DNA from: Podarcis cretensis
Taxonomy: Eukaryota
Reading direction: 5' to 3'
Assembly: GCA_951804945.1 (NCBI GenBank)
Contig: OX638155.1
Coordinates: forward strand, 28,768,001-28,832,000
Length of the DNA: 64,000 nt
The notes under the pieces were generated by a model that worked only from the letters and a program-made list of their open reading frames with translations, did not search any database and had not been told where the DNA came from. Positions 1-11,903 of this stretch are shown one piece after another; position 1 is the first letter of the stretch; each line of letters begins with the position of its first letter. A program made the translations under genes and the position numbers.

Positions 1-159
1 TAATATTGTGAAGCTGCTTGGAGGTGCTGGAAGAGGCTGCACATGGTTTGCTGTGAAATTGTAGGTCTAAAGGGCCATCAAATATACAGAAACATAGCTT
101 ATTTGGTTCCGAGAGCTGGTTTGATGGGACAGGTGGTGGGTGGGTACACTGTAAAAACC

Positions 160-1040
160 AACCTGGATCAAAAATAGGAATTTGGATATAATATAGAGCT
201 TGGCTGTTTGGGAGAAATTATGGAACAATACAATTACATTTTCAGCATGCTATACAATTAGAGAAAATATACTAAAGATGGTTTTTAGGTGGTACCCGAC
301 ACACAGCAAATTGGGAAAGATAAACAAAAGAAGATTCAACTGAAGCTGGAAATATATGCATACAGAAGGCATGTTGATCCACATGTGGTGGTAGTGCAAA
401 AGGGTAAAAGAATTTTGGAGGATGATCCATGAAGAACTTAAGAAGATGCTCCAATGATAATCTCCCCCCAAACCAGAAGCATTCCTGCTAGCCATAATAA
501 TACAGAAAATCCCAAACGAAACAAAAAGCCTATTCTTCGATGCAACAGCAGTGACAAGGATAACATATGTGGAAATGTGGAAAGAAAGGGCGATCCTGGC
601 AAAAGATCAGTGGCTGTTCAAACTAATAGAATTTATAGAATTAGCCAATATGATGGCCACAATAAGAAACATGGACAAAATAATAATAATAAGTGAGTGG
701 GTATTACTAGAAAGATACTTTAAAAAGAGCGGAGTAGTGTTAAATAAACAAGCAGGGATAGATTTATGAATACCAGTTAAAAAAGGGTAAAAGGATATGT
801 ACAGGGAGGGAAAGAAAAAAGGGAGGGAATACAAACCAAGGAGATGGCAGCAAAATTAGATGAAAATCTAGGATGTCAAGGAAAGATAGGCTGGGAAGTC
901 TTCACATGATAGATGTTTTATGGTTGTAATAGATAATTACTATTCTATTAGATGTTGTATTAAATGTTTAAAAGAGGTGATAAAGAAAAACTAGAATAGA
1001 ACAGAAAAGAAATGAATGCATGTAATGGAAAAATAACACA
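160..1040 (+). mobile_element. Degenerate L1/Tx1-clade LINE 3' end (ORF2 zinc-knuckle region)
   Basis: Translates to WEKLWNN...RENILKMVFRWY...EGMLIHMWW*CKRVKEFWRMIHEELKKML with stops; A-rich 3' UTR; ends approximate. Confidence 0.75.
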
Positions 1041-1633
1041 ACACACAACACACAACTAGCTGTCATTCCTCTACCCTCCAGCATACAGTTCTTGTAGCTG
1101 CTAGCAGAAAAGCAGTGTTCCAACTGTTTGATTTTAGGAGTAGAGTGTGTAGTTTTGGTACAGCTTTAAGCGTTGCTGGGAGGGAGTTGCACCAACAAGA
1201 CTTAAAACTTCGAGAGCAAGAGCTACTCATGCTGTACTTTTCAAGCACACCAATTAATTTTGCCACATAAGTAATGCATCCCCGTTATCAAAGACCTATT
1301 GATACTTAACTCAGTGGCAAAGCTTTCACTGGGTTATACTGGATTATACTGGGTTATACTGGATTTGGGTTATAAGCTTGTTTGATATGCCGGTGCAATA
1401 GCAAATTCTATACAAAATGGCTGAGTATATGGTCCTGGTCTTGTATTCTGATGTGCCTAATGTAGTTCCATCTCTGAAAAATAAGTAAGAGGAATTTCAG
1501 ATGGCATGGCATTCCCATGCACACTGCATCCACGTTATTTGGGAAAAGTCAAGAAATAAATGTAACAAATACTTTTAATCATTTCATGTCAAGAGAGATA
1601 AGAAAATGTGGCTACGTCAAGTATGAATGGGTC

Positions 1634-1970
1634 CAGGGCCATCTTAAGTATATCTGGCACCGTGGTGCAAAGCTCCCTACGCCGCCACCCCCTATTTCCC
1701 AGAGTTTTTTAAGGAGGACAGCGCTGCCGGCAGGGCTGGAGGAGGTGGGCAGCTCCTTCGGCGGGGAAGAGGCGGAGGCTGGACGCGGCGCGTCCCGGCT
1801 CAGCTGGCCACTTCGTGCTGTGGTGGTCATGGCAGATGGAGGCTCCAGGCGAGGGTGGTGAGCTGATGCCGGGAGGCATTGCGTCCAGCCTCTGCCTCTT
1901 CCCTGGCGCTCTCCAGAACTTGGCGCCCTGGCACCCCACGCCACTGGCCTCTATGGGTAAGACGCCCCTG
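1634..1970. mobile_element. hAT-type MITE
   Basis: TIRs CAGGGCCATCTTA / TAAGACGCCCCTG; 8-bp TSD aatgggtc (1626-1633) / aatgggtg (1971-1978). Confidence 0.8.
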
Positions 1971-2150
1971 AATGGGTGAATGAAAGATCTCACTTGCTTC
2001 AATTCCATACAGGCTTTCTTGTGAAATTTCAGTTGCTTTTTAATATAAAATACTTGAAGGTTGGACATTTTCTGGAAACAAAATAGAGTGAGAAGTGGAG
2101 AATGTGGAGAAATCACAGTTAAATTGAATTGTCTTGTTTGTTTTAAACAG

Positions 2151-2343
2151 TTGAATATGACAAGGAGTTCACACCTTACCAGCGACACCACAAGGAATTC
2201 AAGTTTAATTTGTCTCGGATTCCAGAAGGAGAGGCTGTTACCGCTGCCGAGTTCCGAATCTACAAGGATTGTGTTTTTGGAGGCTTTAAAAACCAAACCT
2301 TTCTGATTAGCATCTATCAAGTATTGAAAGAACATCAGAACAG
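2151..2343 (+). CDS. BMP6: BMP6 exon 2 (prodomain; (V)[40 protein letters not shown]...EHQN(R))
   Basis: Acceptor ttttaaacag|2151, donor 2343|gtttgt; 193 nt; peptide matches the BMP5/6/7 prodomain. Confidence 0.96.
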
Positions 2344-2529
2344 GTTTGTGCCTTTCAGTGCTAAAATTGTAAAACCTGGAGGGAGGGAGACTGTGACTTA
2401 ATTTCCACCCCTTTTGTTGGCAGGAATCATTTACTGGATACACTTAAGTTGGCTGGGAAAATAAGTCCCATTTAACTCATTTGGACTGGCTTCAGAGTAG
2501 ACATATATAGGATTGTACTGTTTAATATG

Positions 2530-3195
2530 GTTCTCTTTTTTTGTAACATCTTTATTGAAAGCTCAAAAAGCACATAACTATATGTGCACCCAACATGGCG
2601 AGATGCAAACAAAAAAGAGAAAGAGAGAAATAAAATCCATGTAGAAGGGGAAACAAAGGGGGGGGGACGGGGACCCAAAACTGTATATTTTACAAGCTTG
2701 TTACTGTTCTTCACCAGATCTTCACCGATTACAGTATTTGTAACAATGGATTCCAAATACCATTGAATTTGTCCATGGCAAGTCTGTGTTTATATGCAAG
2801 TTGTTCATATGTTGCGAGTTGGTATAAGTCTTTAATCCAATCGTAGAAAAGAGCCCCATTTTTATTTTTCCAGTTCATCAGTATCAGTCTTTTTGCTGTA
2901 GTAAGGGCACGGAGAATCCAGTCATATTGTCCTTTTGTAAGGTTCCATGTGCTGGGTATATAATTCAAGAGGATATTTTGCTCTGTAAATGTAAGGTGGT
3001 TCTGTACAGCTCTGTTGATGGTTTCAGTTACCTTCTGCCAGAAATCTTTCAATATAAGACAGTGAAAAAACATATGTTTTAGAGAAGCATTATCGCTATC
3101 GCATCTCCAACATCTCCATACCTTAGATAGCCCCTTTTTTAAACAAACGTAATGGGGTCCGGTATATTCTAAATATTATTTTTTGTTGCATGAGA
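2530..3195 (-). mobile_element. 5'-truncated L1/Tx1-clade LINE insertion
   Basis: Perfect 19-bp TSD gattgtactgtttaatatg (2511-2529, 3196-3214); CWRC...KHMFFHC knuckle and open ORF2 tail (2729-3073); minus-strand AATAAA at 2551-2556 and A-tail. Confidence 0.9.
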
Positions 3196-3560
3196 GATTG
3201 TACTGTTTAATATGTTCCATCCCAATAGGTTGGACCTCGCCAAATAAAGGTAATTAAAAGCACCACCCTAAAATTCCAAACTCCTCCTAGCTAAAAATCC
3301 AAAGCCCATCATTCACTCAAAGTCAGCCCAGATAAGGAGGTTTTAGGGGACTTCTGAAATAGGCTCCAGCTGGGATTTCAGAGAGTCTCTGGAGGGAAGC
3401 TGTTCCATAGCTGATATCTATGATTTGTATTTCAATAGCAGTGATTGGATATGAACAACATTAACACAACTGCACCAAGAAAGTTGCTCAGGGAGCTGCA
3501 CTGCGGTGCCTAAAATAAAGACTGAGCAAGCCAGATATTTGGAAACCAAAGTTTTATGTA

Positions 3561-3786
3561 CAGTGGTACCTCTGGTTACATACTTAATTCGTTCCGGCGG
3601 TCCGTTCTTAACCTGAAACTGTTCTTAACCTGAAGCACCACTTTAGCTAATGGGGCCTCCTGCTGCCGCCATGCCGCCGGAGCACGGTTTCTGTTCTCAT
3701 CCTGAAGCAAAGTTCTTAACCCGAGGTACTATTTCTGGGTTAGCGGAGTCTGTAACCTTAAGCGTATGTAACCTCAGGTAGCACTG
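3561..3786 (-). mobile_element. Tc1/mariner-superfamily (pogo/Tigger-like) MITE family A, copy 1
   Basis: TIR CAGTGGTACCTC, TA flanks; reverse complement of copies 2, 3, 5 and 6. Confidence 0.85.
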
Positions 3787-4258
3787 TACTTTTAACTAAA
3801 TTAGAACTGCCATTATAAGAATATATGTTTTCTTGGACAATTGCATTGTTTTAGATTATACCATGAATGAATATGCTTATGTATGGTGGTACTGATAAAG
3901 TGAACAAATGAGATTTCGTAAGTTAAAGGGCTGAACAGGGCTGAATATGAAGGACTTGCAGATGAGGAGTTTGAAGATGTGTCAAGCTGTGTGTGTCAAG
4001 TTGTGAGGAAGCTAGTCTGCTTGCATATAGAGGAAGCAGAGTCCATGTATATTGTGGTGTGTGTGTGTGTGTTTGTGTAATATCTAATTATAGGTACTGG
4101 TATAGAAAGGGTATGTTGGAGGGGGAAAATACCCTTGTGTTTTTATGGGTTCCCTATATACAAAAAAACCCTCCAATTCATGAAAAACTTTCAGTCGCGC
4201 TTTGTAACAGAATTGCATTCTAACTGGTGTGCGTCTGATCTCTTCTGATTACTGGATA

Positions 4259-4500
4259 CAGTGGTACCTCAGGTTACATACGCTTCAGGTTACATACGCT
4301 TCAGGTTACAGACTCCGCTAACCCAGAAATAGTGCTTCAGGTTAAGAACTTTGCTTCAGGATGAGAACAGAAATCGTTCTCCGATGGCGAGGCAGCAGCG
4401 GGAGGCCCCAATAGCTAAAGTGGTGCTTCAGGTTAAGAACAGTTTCAGGTTAAGAACGGACCGCTGGAACGAATTAAGTACTTAACCCAAGGTACCACTA
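4259..4500 (+). mobile_element. MITE family A, copy 2
   Basis: CAGTGGTACCTC...GGTACCACT, TA TSD, internal GCTTCAGGTTA subrepeats. Confidence 0.85.
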
Positions 4501-6303
4501 TAATTTGACACTTGCTTCCATGGACCCTTCCATTTTGGTTAGCTAAGAAGGCATGAAAGCCCATCTGTAAGTTGTGCCAAACCGAGTCGTCTGTGTGTAG
4601 ATATTCCAAGCATCGTTGCAACACTATTTAATATACAGGCAATTCCCAGTTTAGGAGCATCTGAATGGCACATGGCCGCACACACATGCACAGCGCTGAA
4701 CCTGTGGGAAATAGCCCCAAAATGTCACAAAAAGGGGCTGGTCTGGGTTTATGTGTGCTCTGTGGACGCTTGTGGAGGTCAGACCGCTGTGCAAAACAAG
4801 GATTGCCCTGTATATATGTATATGGTGTTAAACACCTGCTGGGCCAACTCTGAGATTATTTCATGAAAATTCCACAAACTGCAACTCTGTGAAACTGTCA
4901 GGCTTTAAAATAGGCATTGTGACCAAATGCATAAACTCAGGTTTGATCTCAAATGTGTGCTCTGCATTGGTCTCATCATGGGTGCATTTTAGATCTCATA
5001 CAAACATTCCAGCAATCACCAGGAAGAAGCCTTGGCTCTTCTGAAGCCAGTGGGAGACTTGCCATTCACTTCAGTGGTGCCAGAATCACACCTTAGGGAC
5101 TTGTTCTTGGGCCATGCAGTAGTAACAACCATATCCAGGAAAGCCCAAAGTATGAATCCATACACGATCTCATAAGCATGGTTTTTAAAAAATAAAAATA
5201 AAATAAATTCACTGTAGCTTCTTTGAATAATTTGGACCCAAATTTGCTTGGAACAGTTCTGTCCCCTTATTATCTCTGTATCATTCTCTCTGCCCCATCT
5301 GCTAATTTAAAATGAGAACTTCTGCACAAGTTGCAGCTAACATGTTTTTCTTAATTTTTTGCTTCTTTTGTGTTGATGATTCATTTGGAATATATTGCTT
5401 TCCTATTGGGAACAGCCTTTTAAGGCTCAAGAGTGGAGAGAAGGACAAAATTACTTAAAAGAAAAGAAAGAAAAAAAGAACACAAGCCAGCAACAGTTTC
5501 TAAGACACCGAGTTCCAGAAAATGTTCCATATAAGCCAAAAGTGAACAGCTGCCTTTTACTTAAACTGCAGACTTCTCATTCTTTTCTTTGAGACTAATG
5601 ATGTGAGCAAATATGTCATGTTCCTTAACATTTGATGAGATGGTTTTCAATAACTATGAATCTATAGAGTTCGTGAAGCTGAAGCAAAGAGAGATTGCTC
5701 TGTTGTCCGCTTGGAAGTAGGATGAGCACTTTTGAGTTGGGTTTGTTTAGTTTGAGGGCAAAGTCAATACAGGATTGACATGGTAAATCCCAGACTGTTT
5801 ATGTCAGGCCTCACAATAGTTTTAAAAATTAGAGGCTGTGAGCGTGAACTGAACCTAAAACCATACGATAGTTTTTTGAGACTTCAGTAGTAGAATCCTG
5901 GACTTTACTAATTCAGACTACAGACCTTCCCACATAAACAGTGACCTGCATGTAGCAAAGCAGTACATCAGAGAACATGTGTAGCATGGCCACTTCCCTA
6001 ATGCGTCCAGTTTCTTGCACACAAAGGAAAATTTAAGTTGGGGAACATTAAAAAAAAAAAAACCTCTTTTGCCAAACCCTTCTCTGCCATGTTGTAGAGA
6101 TGGCCAAGAGTCAGGCACCCTGAATTGTATTTACTTATTTATCACATTGGTACTTGATACTTAGTTTATTTTATGAGGTATCATAAAAAAGATTAAATTT
6201 TGCATATAGATTGGAGCTTGTCAGGCAAAACCTTGACTTGTAATGATTTTGCAGAGATAGGATTGCCTAATGGGGAAGTGGCAAATAGATAAGATCATCT
6301 AAT

Positions 6304-6460
6304 CCAGCGTTTCCCAAACTTTGGTCTCCAGCTGTTTTTGGACTTCAACTCCCATCATCCCTAGGCTAGGGATGATGGGAGTTGTAGTCCAAAAACAGCT
6401 AGGGACCCTAGCTAGTGGTCAGGGATGATGGGAATTGTAGTCCAAAAACAGATGGAGTTG
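6304..6460. mobile_element. Palindromic hAT-like MITE fragment
   Basis: ctcccatcatccct / agggatgatgggag inverted arms with a partial internal duplication; same family as 38482 and 61340. Confidence 0.65.
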
Positions 6461-7340
6461 GGCACAATGTTGATCTAACCCATTACCTTAACGAGCTGCT
6501 GTGCTGTTTGAATCACTTGAATATAACTTTTGAATGTATTGTCATTTAAATGCATGTCCAAAGTACTTCTTAAACTAGCGAGGTGTCTTAGGGGAACATT
6601 ATTGTATTGCTACCATTTAAGGCAACACAAAAGTAGAAATGGTGCTTGTGGAATTGTTACGGTATTATAAAATTCATTCAGCCTAGTGTAATTTAGGCAC
6701 ATCTTTTCTTTTTTAAAAAAGGAGGGTTTTAAAAGTCTTAATGAATAGTCAGAATGAAGCTTCCTTTTCTATCTTTTAGAGCTCTTAAAAATAATAATAA
6801 TACAGGGGGGAAGTTGTGGTAGTGGTTTTAAATCACATCATCATTGCAGACCACATTTTATCATTACGAAAACCGCTGGCATTGTTAACAAAACATAATG
6901 GAAAGATTAATGATATTCTTGTAAGGTAGGTCAGGTTTCTGGCCAACCTTAGCATCCCTTGGAGAAAATTACACAGCTTTTCTTCAATTGTTTGTGAAGG
7001 CAATAACCCTAGTAAAAGAAAATGACGGTAACATTTGACCTTATTTCAAGAGGAACCATCTAAGTTGAAACCACAACATTCTCTTACCTCTTTCCCCATG
7101 AGTTATTTCTTCCCTGATTTAATGACAGTTCTTAAATCATTAGGGCACAGGAATTTGTTGAAATAATATAGTTTTTTAAAAAATTCTTTCTTGCTTGAAG
7201 ACTGTTGAAAATGCACCAGTGTAAGCGCAGATAATGGCTTATCAAACACCTGCCAAGCTCATATTGGAGGTTTTTCCATGATACAGCATGTTGTGAGTAG
7301 TTTGGAGGATATGTAAGACTGTATCAAATTACAATTATCA

Positions 7341-7369
7341 GTTGTTGTTGTTGTTGTTGTTGTTGTTGT
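7341..7369. repeat. (GTT)n microsatellite
   Basis: Read directly. Confidence 0.95.
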
Positions 7370-7425
7370 ATTTATAACGTATAAGAGAAAATAGTATAAA
7401 AATAATTAAACTGTAATATAATTAC

Positions 7426-7655
7426 TTCTCGGTGGTAACATACTCCCTGTGGAACGCCCTCTCATCAGATGTCAGGAGATAAAGAACTACACAACTTTTA
7501 GAAGACATCTGAAGGCAGCCCTATATTGGGAAGTTTTTAATGTTTGATGTTGTATTATGTTTTTATATTCTTCTGGAAGCTGCCCAGAGTGACCAGGGAA
7601 AGCCAGCCAGATGGGTGAGGTAACAACAACAACAACTTTTATTATTATTATTATG
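7426..7655 (+). mobile_element. L2-clade LINE 3' end
   Basis: FSVV..SLWNAL..DV...NYTTFRRHLKAAL C-terminus, then gcccagagtg...gatggg tail and short-repeat tail; same family at 35282. Confidence 0.75.
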
Positions 7656-7833
7656 AAAACAATCTAGTAAAGAAGGCTAACTTTCAGCTTCTTGTGACTA
7701 AACCATGTCAGCACCACATCAAAAATCTGTTTGAATTTGGCAATAATTAAAGGTAAAATTGCTAGGAAAGGAAACACACCTGTGACAGCCCAGTGAAGTG
7801 AGTGGGAAATTGTGCAAAAGTATACATTCAGAC

Positions 7834-8947
7834 GGGACGCGGGTGGCGCTGTGGGTTAAACCACAGAGCCTAGGACTTGCCGATCAGAAGGTCGGCGGTT
7901 CAAATCCCCGAGACGGGGTGAGCTCCCGTGGCTCGGTCCCAGCTCCTGCCAAAGACTCTCCTCCCTGAAAGAGAGGGGAGTGGTTGTGGGCGGGAGCCTG
8001 AACACCGCCCCTAGCAGGGGGCGTAGCCCCCTGCCTCCAGCTCACCTGGCTGGTGCTCACGCCCCCCTGGTGGCTGTCCAACCAGGTGCCATGGGGGGGC
8101 GTGTCCAGCAGCCTTGATGCTGCAGCGTCAGCCTCTCCCTGGCCTCATTTCTCTTCATCGTCCTGTGCGAGTCACCCACCCTCCACTCCCACTGAGTTAG
8201 GGCTTAGGTCATTGGCCTTGCTATGGACCTTAGGTTGGTCGCCCCGGTTGCACGGGGGGCCTGGTAGGAGTTTTTCCATTTGGCATTAGGCTTTTTGGTT
8301 TTTTCGCCTACCTCGTAGCAATCGTCACAACTTTTGTGGTATTGGTGGGTAGGTTAGGCATTGGAATAATGTGCTGTGGTGTGTCGAAGTGCTAGGTGTG
8401 GCCATCGCCTATGCCTTCAATGTTTAGGGGTATTCCGTTAAAGGAATCTGGCGGTCGTGTATTCTGTCCAATACCTGCTTGGCGGGAGACCATGGCACGA
8501 CCCTCGGTGACAGCAGGAGTGAGCCTATAGTTGGATTAGCATCAACAGGTGATGAACCCCTGGTGAATAAACCCACTTGTTTCGTGATCCAATGCCTAAG
8601 CCAATACCTTTTCATTGCTGTAATCAATAAAGTTGTGGCCTTTTCTAGCCCATTAACCTTATATCACGTGTCCCTGTGTCTTCTTTTCACGTCGCGGTGG
8701 TCGGGTCCTCGAACCACAACCTAGCAGTTTGAAAACACGTCAAAGTGCAAGTAGATGAATAGGTAGGCAGGAAGGTAAAAAGCGTTTCCGTGCGCTGCTC
8801 TGGTTCGCCATAAGTGGCTTAGTCATGCTGGCCACATGACCTGGAAGCTGTACGCTGGCTCCCTCGGCCAATAAAGCGAGATGAGGGCCGCAACCCCAGG
8901 GTCGGTCACGACTGGACCTAATGGTCAGGGGTCCCTTTACCCTTTAC
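7834..8947 (+). mobile_element. Sauria-type SINE split by a 767-bp insertion
   Basis: Both halves align to the intact copy at 17902; 12-bp TSD tatacattcaga (7821-7832, 8948-8959). Confidence 0.9.
7953..8719 (+). mobile_element. Unclassified element nested in the SINE (DIRS/Ngaro-like terminal repeat or solo-LTR-like)
   Basis: Precise interruption of SINE sequence gcCAA|cctag; no long TSD; 5' hairpin; AATAAA at 8566 and 8626. Family assignment is inference. Confidence 0.6.
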
Positions 8948-10307
8948 TATACATTCAGAAGGATATAAGGTCAATGCAGACTTTGAAGCACCAGTTGTAA
9001 AAGAGTCCAAAGCATGAGCTGCCAAGTTTTATGAAGCATCTGCAACTAGTAATCCTGCCGTTAGGTAGTGTAAATTGTTTCACATAGAAAATGCAGGAGT
9101 CTGGGGATGTAGAAGGAAGTTTGGCAGAATGACTAGGAGGAGGGAAAGCTATTGCATCTCTGGCTCTTATCAACTAGAGAGGCACTGATCCAAATTAGGC
9201 AGATGGAGTCTACACACTTTGAGGGAAAGAGCAACAACGCAGGAGCCTCAAGACTGGCCTGTGGTTGAAATCCTGAAAACAGTAATATAGATCACCTGTG
9301 TGAATGGCTCATCTAGGGAATCCAGTCACCAGCTGTTTAAGATCTCATTCACCCTGCAAATCCTTGCCTTAAGGGACAACAGATCCACCTGTAAGCTTCT
9401 GACCACTGTAGGAATGTGAGGCTACAGACAAAAGTATGGTCCCTTGCAAGCCACTGAGGGTTGAAACTTGGAACAGTTACCAGGATCTGCAGCAAATTAT
9501 AAGGGAAGTATGTTGGCCTTTGGTATCTGCTCTCCTTGGAAGTGACCATAGCCTGGCAGATCCCGGGTCTGCCTTGACAGACAGCCAAAATGGGGCTCCA
9601 TCTATCTCTCTTTCTCCAAAGTCATACCTGGTTCATTATCAAATGCAAAGGTTTGTAGTAAATTTTCCAGACATGATTGTCAAGAAGCTAGTATCCCTGT
9701 GACTAGAAGATAAAAAAGTGTTGAGTTTGTGGTAAAGACAGCAGCTGAATGTTAGATCTCTCTGGAAACGAGGTAATTCATTTGGAAGGAGGCCTTTAAA
9801 GTGAGAGGGAAGTAAATGGAATTTATTTTTAGAAAGCGGTTGTTTACATAATATAGAAAGAAACTTTGAAATTTTCTTTACCCCCTTGAGGTGTCAGGTC
9901 AGAAGTACAGGACTGAAACTTTGTGGCTGATCAAATATATAAAGCCTTGGGCTTGATTATTTTTTTCAAAGGTAAATATCCTGTTAACTCACCCCTCCTC
10001 AACCCTTCCCCCTCGCCCCCCAAATCCTCCTACACTGTCCAAACAAGTAGTCTATTAAAAACCACAAGTCTGTGGCATGAGATGATGATCAAAGGGAGAT
10101 ACTCCATCTCAATGGGTACAGTTTGTCTTGCTCTTTTTGCACGGGAACTGTTTATTAAAGGCGGCCTGGTGCTTGTGTATAGGTTATTGCAGAAGTAAAT
10201 ATAGAGGAAAGGGTGGAACTCTGCTGTTGCTATTCCTTTACTCTACTGCACCACATATTATAATTATATTTATTATATTTAATGCTGATTAACAGTAGGG
10301 TGAGTAA

Positions 10308-10417
10308 GGGATGCGGGTGGCACTGTGGGTTAAACTACAGAGCCTAGGACTTGCTGATCAGAAGGTCGGCGGTTCGAATCCCCACGACGGGGTGAGCTCC
10401 TGTTGCTTGGTCCCTGC
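10308..10417 (+). mobile_element. Sauria-type SINE, 5' fragment
   Basis: Matches the first ~110 nt of the 17902 copy. Confidence 0.85.
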
Positions 10418-11903
10418 AGTATTAAATTTTAACAGTATTAAATTCCCCCCATCCCAACAGGAAATTGAGCCAAACCAGTGCCTGAGTTTCTAATCCAAAA
10501 TAGGGTTGCAGTACGTCCGGGATTTCCCAGATATATCCAGAATACCGCAGTCAGCAGCAGTGTCCGCGCTGAAATCAGTAAAACGTCCAGAAAAATCCGG
10601 GCGCAAGTCAAAGATTTCACCCAACTCAGGAAGGATATACTAATATATACGGCTTGCATTTAAATGCAGAGTAGTAGCCTGTGCCCACAAACACTCTCAT
10701 AACTTAAGTTTAAAAAAATATCCTTCCTGTGGTGACCACTGTGCTCAGTCTAGACTGCTATGTCAACGTGTTGTTGAAGAATAGTAAACAAACGAAAAAA
10801 GAAGAAGTTCGGCATGAAGAACCTTTTAGTGAGTTTGGGATAATTAATGGCTCAGTAAATGGCTGCTGATGTGTAATAGTCCTGTTAAGAACCTGAGTAA
10901 TGCTGACCTTTGAAGACAGGCCAAAAACTGTGGTCCTCAGAACCATAATTAAAATAAGAGGACCCTGTCTGAAATTCAATGGCTTGAAGAAAGTGTTCTG
11001 TTTGTTCTCACTGCATTTTCAGGGATATTTATGCCTGGTTGAAAAAATACATAACTGAAGGGCTGGATAGAGAGTGTAGGAAAGTAGGCAATGTTGAGAA
11101 AAAAACACGTATATATGAAATATAGCTTTTTATAGCTCTGATGTTTTGCTGTGGCAGTGCTCCATGGTGTGATGTGTGCTCAAGGAAGAGAGGGAAAATT
11201 ATTTTAATCTGGCTGCCTCAGTAATATAGAAGCAAAACCAGTAGCTACTTCACCAATTACGTAAATTTCTATAATATAATCGGTGCTGAGATAAATGATT
11301 AGAATGAATTAAAATCTTCCAGCTTCTTGCCCAAAGAAAGAAGTTTTAGTTTTATAGTAAAAGAAATGTTTAGATTTCATGGGAAATGTCATTTTCAGTT
11401 GCAAAAGTGCTTGTCCTGCAAATGCTCTAAATAGGTGTCAGGACGTATCTGTTTAAGAATAGTAGCTCAAAGGCGATATTTATAAAATAGCAAATGGACA
11501 TTCTTCCTCGAAAAGCTGAAGCTAATTTTTCCATTCTCAAGAGCCTTGTGGGATAGAAATTCCAGAAATAAATGATTTCTGTGTCAGCAACAGAGTCCAT
11601 ATTGCTTAGGTAGTCCTGGTCACTGCTTTCTTTTTTTCTAGCTCATGTGTTTGATGGCCTTATTTATTCTTGAAGGGGTTTACTGAAGAGTAAAAACAGT
11701 GTGTGTATTGTATGTACACACACAAATACATACATACATAAACATATGTATGTAGGCAATGCCCAAGAAGCTGTTCTTCCATATTCTCTTTGATTGAGTA
11801 GTATAGCGGCATTAAAATGCCCAGGCTAGAACTGAAGAGATCTGGTTCACATCCTGAGTCAACCATGGAGCTCAGCAGATGACATTGGGCTCGTCACACA
11901 CTC

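Noticed and set aside
1328-1372. Short tandem actgg(g/a)ttat repeats
   Set aside because: Simple slippage duplication with no further structure.
1517-2443. ORFs of 110-244 aa near BMP6 exon 2
   Set aside because: They run through a GC-rich hAT MITE and antisense to the exon; no recognisable protein.
4259-4500. Regularly spaced GCTTCAGGTTA repeats resembling a CRISPR array
   Set aside because: Internal subrepeats of a MITE; the spacers are the same across dispersed copies; vertebrate DNA with no cas genes.
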